Source: an uncultured Saprospiraceae bacterium
GTDB lineage: Bacteria; Bacteroidota; Bacteroidia; Chitinophagales; Saprospiraceae
Direction: 5' to 3'
Length of the DNA: 64,000 bases
NCBI GenBank assembly: GCA_937924805.1
Contig: CALDTZ010000006.1
Span: 81,635-145,634 of the forward strand
Position 1 is the first letter of the stretch. The number at the start of each line of letters is the position of its first letter. The position numbers and the translations under genes were made by a program. Under the pieces are notes generated by a model. That model worked only from the letters and a program-made list of their open reading frames with translations, had not been told where the DNA came from and made no database searches. Shown here piece after piece: positions 49,657 through 58,140 of this stretch.

Positions 49657-50098
49657 AATGAAGGATTATGAAGATGGTTTTTCGATACCTGAAAATTATT
49701 TCAAGGACTTGGAAATAAGATTAAAATCTACAAAATCATTTCATTTTGAAGGTTTTGAAACTCCAGACCAATATTTTGATAAATTACAAAATAAGCTTTC
49801 TAATAAAAACCTATCAAGCCAATCCATTAGATTTAAGTTTTCATCGAAGATAATGGGTATTGCTGCTTCACTATTGTTCCTAGTAGCCGTAAGCTTGCAA
49901 TTTTTTTCAAATAAGAATGGGGTTGAAGAAGATTTGGAAGTAGTTTACATTGATTATTTTATTGAAAATATAGATCTTATTACAGAAGAAGATATAATAA
50001 ATATCACCGAAGAAACGATTGATATTGATGACAACATCCTTTACCATTATTTAGAATCAGAATCAGTAATAGCAGATGATTTTTATGACCTTATTTAA
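49646..50098 (+). CDS. putative anti-sigma factor / single-pass membrane protein
   Basis: 150-aa ORF that overlaps the sigma gene by 11 nt. One central TM helix (IMGIAASLLFLVAVSLQFF). The call rests on position only. Confidence 0.45.
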   Translation: MKDRMKDYEDGFSIPENYFKDLEIRLKSTKSFHFEGFETPDQYFDKLQNKLSNKNLSSQSIRFKFSSKIMGIAASLLFLVAVSLQFFSNKNGVEEDLEVVYIDYFIENIDLITEEDIINITEETIDIDDNILYHYLESESVIADDFYDLI

Positions 50099-50117
50099 TA
50101 ATCTAAAATATAAACAC

Positions 50118-50576
50118 ATGAAACATTTAAGCATGTTAACCTTGTTTTTAAGCCTATCATTTTTTCTAAACGCTCAAGATCGAGGAATGAAAAAAATGGA
50201 AAAATTAGAGTCGATGAAAATTGCTTTCATTTCCGAGAAGGTAGATTTTACTCCTAAAGAGGCACAACTTTTTTGGCCTATTTATAACAATTATTCAGAT
50301 GAACTTAAAGCACTAAGAAAAAGCCTAGATATCAACAAAGGACACTCAAAAGATATGACTGACTCTGATGCAAAAAAATTGATTTCTTCTAAAATCGTGA
50401 TGGAAAAAGAAAAAACTAAGATTTTAGAAAAATTTATTGCCGATCTCGAAGGGGTCATTTCACCTCAAAAAACATTGCGATTATTGCATATTGAACAAGA
50501 ATTTAAGTCCAAAATGCTAAAAAAAGTACGAGAAAAGATGGAAAATAGAGAACAGCGTAAAAGACCAAATAATTAA
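50118..50576 (+). CDS. periplasmic helical protein (Spy/CpxP-like; family annotated 'sensor of ECF-type sigma factor' in flavobacteria, as I recall)
   Basis: The ORF opens at 50076, but ATG 50118 starts a signal peptide (MKHLSMLTLFLSLSFFLNAQ). Contains the KIAFISEKVDFTPKEAQLFWPIYNNY motif. Confidence 0.55.
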   Translation: MKHLSMLTLFLSLSFFLNAQDRGMKKMEKLESMKIAFISEKVDFTPKEAQLFWPIYNNYSDELKALRKSLDINKGHSKDMTDSDAKKLISSKIVMEKEKTKILEKFIADLEGVISPQKTLRLLHIEQEFKSKMLKKVREKMENREQRKRPNN

Positions 50577-50608
50577 TACCTAAAATCTATCTCAAAAACA
50601 TTTGAAAT

Positions 50609-51154
50609 TTGAAATACATTATAAAAACTGAGCGCCTAGGGCTTAGAAATTGGACGAATAAAGATCTATTACCGATGTCCGCATTAAATGCGGATCATCG
50701 AGTGATGGAATATTTTCCATCCATACAAAATGCTAGTAAAACATCTCAGTTTATTAAGCGTATGCAAGATCATTTCAATAACCATGGTTATTGTTATTTT
50801 GCTGTAGACAAATTAGAGACTCATGAGTTTATTGGATTTATTGGCCTTTGCAATCAAGATTTCGAAAACAACTATACCCCTTTTGTTGATATTGGTTGGC
50901 GACTTTCGACTAAACATTGGGGTAATGGATATGCAACTGAGGGTGCCAGAGCTTGTTTACAGTACGCTTGGAATCATACAGATCTAACTGAAATATTTTG
51001 TGTGTTTACTAAATCAAACAAACCATCTGAAAATGTAGCAACTAAATTAAATTTTAGTTTGAAAGAAGTGTTTAATCACCCTCTATTAAGCGATTATCCA
51101 ACACTTCAATCATGTAAATTGCTATCACTCAAAAAGCCTTTAGGTAAAGGCTAA
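50609..51154 (+). CDS. GNAT-family N-acetyltransferase (RimJ/RimL-like)
   Basis: 181-aa ORF (TTG start). TERLGLRNW at the N-terminus and WGNGYATEGARA in the acetyl-CoA pocket region. Confidence 0.8.
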   Translation: MKYIIKTERLGLRNWTNKDLLPMSALNADHRVMEYFPSIQNASKTSQFIKRMQDHFNNHGYCYFAVDKLETHEFIGFIGLCNQDFENNYTPFVDIGWRLSTKHWGNGYATEGARACLQYAWNHTDLTEIFCVFTKSNKPSENVATKLNFSLKEVFNHPLLSDYPTLQSCKLLSLKKPLGKG

Positions 51155-51158
51155 TTTT

Positions 51159-51563
51159 TTATTTTCTTACGGTTACTGAAATGTTTTTAACATTTGGGTT
51201 TTCATTTACATTTTCACACTCATTAACTAATTCAAAACTATTTATTTCAATGGTTCTGCCTGAAGGTAAATCTACCGTCTCATATCCAGTATGAAAATCG
51301 AAATCTTCTTCTTCGATTTTTAAAGATGCTACAATTTCTCCTTCCCAAACACAAACACAAAAACAACAACAAAACTCATTTCTTAATTCCTCTACGTTAA
51401 TTTCAAAACCATCAGGAAAACAATACGATTGGTCATCTTCCATATCGAATAGTACACCATATTCAACATCTATACATATTGGTGAGTTGGATGATTTTGT
51501 ACATGATGCAAAAAACAACATAGCAACTAGGGCCAAACAAAAACTAAATTGATACTTTTTCAT
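51159..51563 (-). CDS. hypothetical Cys-rich lipoprotein
   Basis: 134-aa ORF. Lipobox FFASC, 9 Cys in total, including CCCFCVC. Confidence 0.45.
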   Translation of the reverse strand: MKKYQFSFCLALVAMLFFASCTKSSNSPICIDVEYGVLFDMEDDQSYCFPDGFEINVEELRNEFCCCFCVCVWEGEIVASLKIEEEDFDFHTGYETVDLPSGRTIEINSFELVNECENVNENPNVKNISVTVRK

Positions 51564-51818
51564 AATAATAATTTTTTAGATTCATTAGTAAGACTTACTA
51601 ATCGTTCAAATTGGTTGGGTTTCAAATGATCAAAACTTAAAACCTCAATTGCTTTATTTAAAAAAAAAATTTAGAAAATGGTAAATTACATTGTATCATT
51701 CTAGACCAAATTTACGGACACAGGATAAGTAAATTATAAATTATCGTTTTTACTATTCCTCAAACCGTCACTTTTTTACTTATTTAGCGTCTTAAGATTT
51801 TGTAACGCAAATTATATC

Positions 51819-52703
51819 ATGTCAGAATTAAGAGATGTTTTCGAATCGAAAAAAGAAAGAAATGATTTTTGGATTGCAATTATTGTAATTCTATTGTTTT
51901 TATTATTTCTATGGAAGTTTTTATTTAATACCAATGAAAAATCTAACCTTATTGAAGATGTATCAGCCGATATTGCGTTAGTTGAACCACTACCAGACTC
52001 TGATGGTGATGGTATTTATGATAAAAATGATGCTTGTCCTACCTTAATTGGTGTTGCTTCAAATGATGGTTGTCCTTTAGATTCCGATGGTGATGGTATT
52101 TATGATTCTAATGATGGCTGTCCAAATTATAAAGGTTTAGAAGTAAACAATGGTTGCCCTCCTGACTCTGATGGTGATGGTTTGCATAATGAAATTGATA
52201 AGTGTCCTAAAGTGGTCGGAGATAAGAAAAATGATGGTTGCCCCTTAGATTCCGATGGTGATGGTATACCAGATGCTATTGATAAATGTCCTGATACACC
52301 TGGAATTGCAGAAAACAATGGTTGCCCTAAAGTTAAAATAGAAAAGCAGGATATTACCATTTTAGAAAATGCAATGAAAGCTGTAGAATTTGAAACAGGT
52401 AAAGCCTCTTTGAAATCAGCTTCCTATCCTGTATTAAATCAAATTGCTACTGTTTTTAAAAAATATCCCAGATATAAATTATCAATCGAAGGTCATACCG
52501 ATAATACATCAGATGATTTAAAGAACCTAACTTTGTCTAAAGCAAGAGCAAAAGCTTGTTATGATTATTTGGTGACTAAAGGAGGTATCAAAAAATATAG
52601 AATGTCACATACTGGTTACGGAGAAAAAAGGCCTATCGCCGATAATGCTACACCAGAAGGAAGGCAAAAAAATAGAAGAGTAGCCTTTTCATTAAACTAT
52701 TAA
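51819..52703 (+). CDS. OmpA-family protein with four thrombospondin type 3 (calcium-binding) repeats
   Basis: 294-aa ORF. N-terminal TM anchor, 4 x DSDGDG...D.CP....G......GCP repeats, and a C-terminal OmpA_C domain (GHTDN...LS..RA..........G.GE..P.......GR..NRRV). Confidence 0.85.
   Translation: MSELRDVFESKKERNDFWIAIIVILLFLLFLWKFLFNTNEKSNLIEDVSADIALVEPLPDSDGDGIYDKNDACPTLIGVASNDGCPLDSDGDGIYDSNDGCPNYKGLEVNNGCPPDSDGDGLHNEIDKCPKVVGDKKNDGCPLDSDGDGIPDAIDKCPDTPGIAENNGCPKVKIEKQDITILENAMKAVEFETGKASLKSASYPVLNQIATVFKKYPRYKLSIEGHTDNTSDDLKNLTLSKARAKACYDYLVTKGGIKKYRMSHTGYGEKRPIADNATPEGRQKNRRVAFSLNY
51996..52331 (+). repeat. four tandem 84-bp (28-codon) coding repeats encoding TSP3 units
   Basis: The protein repeats DSDGDGIYDKNDACPTLIGVASNDGCPL / DSDGDGIYDSNDGCPNYKGLEVNNGCPP / DSDGDGLHNEIDKCPKVVGDKKNDGCPL / DSDGDGIPDAIDKCPDTPGIAENNGCPK. 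The DNA string GATTCCGATGGTGATGGTAT recurs. Confidence 0.8.
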
Positions 52704-52719
52704 ACATCCTTCACAAAAC

Positions 52720-52764
52720 AAAAAAAGCATTAAGAATCTATTGAATCTTAATGCTTTTTTTTTT
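52720..52764. terminator. bidirectional intrinsic terminator between convergent ompA-like and M28 peptidase genes
   Basis: A-run, GCATTAAGAATC-TATT-GAATCTTAATGC (12-position stem with one mismatch), then T10. Confidence 0.65.
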
Positions 52765-52777
52765 AAAATTAGGCCGC

Positions 52778-54415
52778 TTACTCAACTTCCCCATCAACAA
52801 TAATTCGATTTTCTCTATTGGCTAATTCCCATGTCGTATGGAAAATTAATTTACCAACTTTCGCCATTTTTTTAAAATTAATTTTTTCTACTGTATCTGT
52901 AGGTTGATGGTAATCCTTGTGTGTACCATTAAAATAAAAGATTGCAGGAATACCTCTGCTCGCAAAATTATAATGATCAGATCTATAGTAATAACGATTT
53001 GAATCATTCTCATCATTATATGTATAATCAAGTGTTAATTTACTATACTTATCATTTGCTTCTTCATTGATTTTATGAAGATCAGAACTCAATCGATCAG
53101 ATCCGATTACATAGATGTAATCAGGGTTGTCTTTATATTTATTATCGACTCTTCCTACCATATCAACATTGACGTCCACTACGGTTTTTTCAAGGGGAAA
53201 TATTGGGTTGTTAGCATAATATTCTGAACCTAACAAACCCTTTTCTTCGCCTGTCACCCACATAAATAATATACTTCGTCTGGGACCATTTCCGTTTGCT
53301 TTGGCCAGTGAAAAAGATTGGGCTAACTCTAAAAGTGTTGATGTTCCAGAACCATTATCATCCGCTCCATTAAATATTTCATCTCCTTTTTTACCTAGAT
53401 GATCATAATGGGCAGAAACTACAACTATTTCATCTTTCTTATCCGTTCCTTCAATCAGTCCTAACACATTACGACCATCCAATGTTTTTAAACTTTTATC
53501 TAAAATGATTTCCGTTTTAGCTTTTAATGACAAAGCTTTAGACTTACCTTTTTTCTCTATACACTTTCTAATCTTCGAATATTTTTTTGATTTTGAACCA
53601 ATAATTTCTTTTGCAATATTCGTAGATATATAAATATGGTTCGCCGTTTCAGCGTTTTGATCTGATTTAATTCCTAATTCTACCGTAGCTCCTAATAACT
53701 TTCGTCTGTTTTGAAATAGAATTTCTTTTAATTCATCTTCAATAATCAAAACTAATCGAACTCCTTTTTCTTTTGCCAGCTTTAACTTCTTATCCAAGTC
53801 AGTATTCCAATCAGTCATTGCAGAAGTCCCAGTAATTCTTGAATTACCTTTTTTGTCTTTAGGTTCTCCCTTGTAAATCATAATCACCTTCCCTCTTACA
53901 TCTACATCTTTATAATCAGAATATGCAGGTGCATCAATTCCATATCCTAAAAACATAACCTCGTTAACATTAATTTCAGGATCATGACCGTTTTTTGCAG
54001 GGAAAGCTAGATAATCCCAAAGATGTTTAAACCTCTTGTCATTGATGTAAATAGACGTGTTTTCCCATTTTGAAAATGAAAAGGCAACAGGCTGAAAATA
54101 GCTTTTTTCAAGACCTACTGCTTCACAACCCATGTTTTTAATTTGTTCTGCAATATAGTTTGCAGCAAGGTCATTTCCTTTTTTTCCTGTTTCTCTGCCT
54201 TCAAAAGCGTCAGACGCTATGATGCTCAAATGTTCTGTTAAATCTTCTGCCTTGATTTCATTTGCCCATTTAACCTGAGGTATTGATTCGTCAGTAACCA
54301 TAGGAGAATCCAAATTAGGGCTATTAACAGTGCTAACAAATTGACTGTACATTGGATTAGCAAATAATTGTACAAAGGCAATTACACCTAGAATAATTCG
54401 ATCTTTTAAATGCAT
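52778..54415 (-). CDS. M28-family zinc aminopeptidase with PA domain
   Basis: 545-aa ORF. Signal peptide, then SAHYDHLG, GADDNGSGTS, TGEEKGLLGS and the SDHYNF motifs. Confidence 0.85.
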   Translation of the reverse strand: MHLKDRIILGVIAFVQLFANPMYSQFVSTVNSPNLDSPMVTDESIPQVKWANEIKAEDLTEHLSIIASDAFEGRETGKKGNDLAANYIAEQIKNMGCEAVGLEKSYFQPVAFSFSKWENTSIYINDKRFKHLWDYLAFPAKNGHDPEINVNEVMFLGYGIDAPAYSDYKDVDVRGKVIMIYKGEPKDKKGNSRITGTSAMTDWNTDLDKKLKLAKEKGVRLVLIIEDELKEILFQNRRKLLGATVELGIKSDQNAETANHIYISTNIAKEIIGSKSKKYSKIRKCIEKKGKSKALSLKAKTEIILDKSLKTLDGRNVLGLIEGTDKKDEIVVVSAHYDHLGKKGDEIFNGADDNGSGTSTLLELAQSFSLAKANGNGPRRSILFMWVTGEEKGLLGSEYYANNPIFPLEKTVVDVNVDMVGRVDNKYKDNPDYIYVIGSDRLSSDLHKINEEANDKYSKLTLDYTYNDENDSNRYYYRSDHYNFASRGIPAIFYFNGTHKDYHQPTDTVEKINFKKMAKVGKLIFHTTWELANRENRIIVDGEVE

Positions 54416-54834
54416 ATTTTTTTTACTCTACGGCCATGACGACCTCCTTCAAAATCAGTACTTAGAAAGGTAAACACCATTTCCAAAGCTTGTTTAATAT
54501 GAACAAATCTAGCTGGAATACAAATAATATTTGCGTCATTATGTTGTCTAATTAAAGAGACAATCTCTTCTTCCCAACAAAGCCCTGCTCTTACGTTTTT
54601 ATATTTATTTGCTGTTATTGCTACACCATTTCCTGTACCACAAATAAGTATTCCAAAATCAACCTTTCCGCTATCAACTAATTTAGAAACAGGGTGAGCG
54701 AAATCTGGGTAATCAACAGAGTTTCCATCTTTTGTTCCACAATCATTCACTTCATTTCCAGATGCCTCGAGCATTTTGATGATCTCTTCTCTATATTTAT
54801 AGCCTGCATGATCGCAACCAATAGCAATTTTCAT
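54406..54834 (-). CDS. rpiB: ribose-5-phosphate isomerase B
   Basis: 142-aa ORF. MKIAIGCDHAGY, GILICGTGNG and the RQHNDANI motifs. It overlaps the M28 gene start by 10 nt. Confidence 0.9.
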   Translation of the reverse strand: MKIAIGCDHAGYKYREEIIKMLEASGNEVNDCGTKDGNSVDYPDFAHPVSKLVDSGKVDFGILICGTGNGVAITANKYKNVRAGLCWEEEIVSLIRQHNDANIICIPARFVHIKQALEMVFTFLSTDFEGGRHGRRVKKICI

Positions 54835-54839
54835 AAGAT

Positions 54840-57800
54840 TTAATCTCTTCGTATTTTACTTATATCATATTTACCTACCAAATCTATCATTTCCTTGTTA
54901 AATGCAGAATCGTTGGTTTTTTTCGACAATTCTAATATTTCGGATACTGCTCTTATCGCATAAGAAAAATCAGCCCTAAAAGAACTTTCAAAGATTTTCT
55001 CATCAATAGACTCAAAAAATGTGATTTGTTGGGCTGTTTCGTTAGCCAGAATTCGTAAATGCTTTTTACCGGCTTCAAAATCTCCAGCATTAATCAATGT
55101 TTCAATAAATGGAACTACCGTATTATCATAAGCAAAATTAAAATGTGGGAAAGCTTCAAAGTACTTATTTGCTACATTGGCTGCTTTTTCTCTTTTCCCT
55201 TCAATAAACAGTTGCCTTGTTAATCGCATCATTACCAACTTCATAGCTTGTATTTCCGCACCATAACTTCTATCAACATACAATTCTTTCTTATCGAAAT
55301 TACCCCATCTCCATTTTTCCATCACATTTCGATACATACGATCTGTATCAACCTCTCCAGAGCCGTAAATAGACAAAGACTTATCACTTTTTACCTTTGT
55401 AGTAGACAATCTCAAGCCTAAGCCTTCAATATCCATATAATCATTAAGGCCAAGTAATTTTTCATTCTTACATGTAACAGCAAAATAAATAGGTCGATCA
55501 TAGATATTGGATATGATTACATCCATAACGGCCAATTCATCTTTCGTTAAATAATTTTTCGACTTAGGAAATTTGATATTAATTCGATCAACCATCGTCG
55601 TATCCGAAGGAAGTGACAAACCTGATCTTTTCGCCTTTTGAGCATCAATCGGAATGTACAAACTTCTAGTTCTTGATATTGTTTGACCTTTCGTATTATT
55701 CTTTTTATTACCTATAAATTTAAACTCTTCAAAAATATTGGTAGGATACAATAAATCATCTCCCTGATCTTTGCTTGGATCATAGAAAAAGATTTGATTC
55801 CTTTTATTTCCTCTGTAGGCGTCTTCACTGAGCGTTAATTTCAATGGAGCTGAATCATTAACCTTGCTACGTAATTTGTTGATATACCAATCCACAGCAA
55901 TTAAACTTAAGTTGACAACCCTTACATCTCGTCGAATATTTTCAACTTCTTGTGCATACCAAAGTGGATAAGTATCATTATCACCATATGTAAATATGAT
56001 TGCATTTTCCTCAACAGAATTTAAGAAATTACTTGCATAATCTCTAGATCCATAATGATCCTTTCTACTATGGTCATCAAAGTTTTCAAATGCCATAAGA
56101 ATTGGAGCGATAAGAACCAATGATCCAAGTACAAGGGCAGGTGCAATAGATTTACCATTTAACTTTTCTTTGACCATTTCAAAGATGGCAATGACAGCCA
56201 TACCAATCCATATCGCAAATGCCATAAAGGAACCGACTAAAACATAATCTCTTTCCCTAGGCTCATTTGGTGGTTGGTTTGAATACAGAATTATACCGAT
56301 ACCCGTCACTAAGAATAATATGAAAATAATACCAAATTCATCTGGTCGCCTTTTCGCCATAAAGAATAGACCAATCAATCCAAATATAAAGGGCAACATA
56401 TAGTATTTGTTGGTCGCTTGATGTGCTTTCATGGTATCCGTTATTTCATCCATATTGTAAAGCTTAGCTTCATCGATGGCCTTAATACCCGTAATCCAAT
56501 GGCCACTTGATTTATCCCATGCTTTGTATCCTTGAGAACCATTTTGTCTACCAGAAAAATTCCACATAAAATACCTGAAGTACATCCACCCAATTTGGTA
56601 ATTTAAGAAATATTGGATATTATACCCAAAGGATGGCTTACCACGCATCTTTTTACCATTAATTGCTTCATACCATTCTCTATGCAATTGAGGTCTTCCT
56701 GGGTCCGAATGTCCTACCCTTGGGAATAACATTTTATCTTTTGAAGCAAACTTATACGAAAGTTTTTTGTCAATAATTTCATACCGATCTCCAACTCTAC
56801 CATAACGCTCTTCTTCAACCAACTCCTTAGGGCTTGCATCAAAATGTGGTCCATATAATAAAGGACGCTCACCATATTGTTCTCTATTTAAATATGGCAG
56901 TAACCGCATCGCATCACTTGGAACATTCATATTGATGGGTGTATCAGCATTCGCTCGAATTACTACAATTCCTATGGTAGAAAATGCAACAACGATCATT
57001 AATGCACTCATAGTTATGAATTGCAAGAGGTAGTTATTTTTTTGGTTTGAATATTTGAATAAGAAATAAAATAAGCCTCCAAGTACAAGTAGAGTAAGAA
57101 TTAAACCAGAATGAAATGGCATACCTAAACTGTTAACCATAAATAGTTCAAAGTTTTTCCAAATGGTTGGTATACCAACGATAACTAGTTTTTGGATAAA
57201 AACAACAACCGCTGCACCACCTGCCAATCCGCCAATTACTCCTAAAAAGCTTCTTTTTTTATACTTTTTAAAATAAACCATTAATCCTATCGCCGGAAAT
57301 GTAAGAAGACTCAATAAATGCACTCCTATAGATAGTGCTCCAAAGTAAATACATAAAATCAACCATCGATCAGATTGCTTATTGTCTGGTAAAAAATACC
57401 ACTTTGTAGCTGCCCAAAAAGTTAATGCCGTAAAAAAAGTTGACATTGCATACACTTCACCTTCTACGGCAGAAAACCAAATCGAACTTGCAAATGCCGT
57501 TGATAGTCCAGCGACAATCCCAGCTAGCATAATCGCAATGTTTTGACCCTTTGATGGTTCATCGTTAACTTTCATTATTGACTTACCAAACATCATGGTA
57601 ATCCTTGCAATAAAAAACGCGGCAAATGCAGTACACATTGAAGACATTAGATTGATCGAAAATGCGATATCTGACGGGTTATTTGATAGTATTTCAGCAA
57701 ACCAAGTAAACAAACGGCCAATCAATAGATATAAAGGCGCCCCTGGAGGGTGAACTACTTGAAGTTTTAATGCACCCAATATAAACTCTCCACAATCCCA

Positions 57801-57899
57801 CAAACTACCTGTCCTTTCTGCTGAAAAATAATAAACGATAAAAGCGATTGCAAAGACTATCCAACTTGCAATGTTTTTACTTTGACGAAATGAATTCAT
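54840..57899 (-). CDS. DUF2723-domain polytopic membrane protein (glycosyltransferase family 117-like)
   Basis: 1019-aa ORF. The N-terminal GSLWDCGEFILGALKLQVVHPPGAPLY motif, about 12 TM helices and a large C-terminal soluble helical part. Confidence 0.8.
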   Translation of the reverse strand: MNSFRQSKNIASWIVFAIAFIVYYFSAERTGSLWDCGEFILGALKLQVVHPPGAPLYLLIGRLFTWFAEILSNNPSDIAFSINLMSSMCTAFAAFFIARITMMFGKSIMKVNDEPSKGQNIAIMLAGIVAGLSTAFASSIWFSAVEGEVYAMSTFFTALTFWAATKWYFLPDNKQSDRWLILCIYFGALSIGVHLLSLLTFPAIGLMVYFKKYKKRSFLGVIGGLAGGAAVVVFIQKLVIVGIPTIWKNFELFMVNSLGMPFHSGLILTLLVLGGLFYFLFKYSNQKNNYLLQFITMSALMIVVAFSTIGIVVIRANADTPINMNVPSDAMRLLPYLNREQYGERPLLYGPHFDASPKELVEEERYGRVGDRYEIIDKKLSYKFASKDKMLFPRVGHSDPGRPQLHREWYEAINGKKMRGKPSFGYNIQYFLNYQIGWMYFRYFMWNFSGRQNGSQGYKAWDKSSGHWITGIKAIDEAKLYNMDEITDTMKAHQATNKYYMLPFIFGLIGLFFMAKRRPDEFGIIFILFLVTGIGIILYSNQPPNEPRERDYVLVGSFMAFAIWIGMAVIAIFEMVKEKLNGKSIAPALVLGSLVLIAPILMAFENFDDHSRKDHYGSRDYASNFLNSVEENAIIFTYGDNDTYPLWYAQEVENIRRDVRVVNLSLIAVDWYINKLRSKVNDSAPLKLTLSEDAYRGNKRNQIFFYDPSKDQGDDLLYPTNIFEEFKFIGNKKNNTKGQTISRTRSLYIPIDAQKAKRSGLSLPSDTTMVDRINIKFPKSKNYLTKDELAVMDVIISNIYDRPIYFAVTCKNEKLLGLNDYMDIEGLGLRLSTTKVKSDKSLSIYGSGEVDTDRMYRNVMEKWRWGNFDKKELYVDRSYGAEIQAMKLVMMRLTRQLFIEGKREKAANVANKYFEAFPHFNFAYDNTVVPFIETLINAGDFEAGKKHLRILANETAQQITFFESIDEKIFESSFRADFSYAIRAVSEILELSKKTNDSAFNKEMIDLVGKYDISKIRRD

Positions 57900-58140
57900 A
57901 TTTGATTATTATACTACTTAATGTTTCTAATGAGCCTTGACAAAGGTAAGAAAATAGCCTATTTATAAAATGAGTCTTAGACAAAGGATTTTCTTTATCA
58001 GTCTAAAGAGACAATTTGTTATAAAAATGTAGATAATGATCGGAAAAAGGGCATCTTTTTGAAATCATTTTTCCATTCATTAATTTTAATATAGACATCA
58101 TGTTCAATTCTTGATACATTTATCATTTAATCGAAAAGCT

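Noticed and set aside
51996-52331. Regularly spaced 84-bp DNA repeats that could be mistaken for a CRISPR-like or satellite array.
   Set aside because: They are in frame inside the OmpA-family gene and encode four thrombospondin type 3 calcium-binding units. There are no unique spacers and no cas genes.
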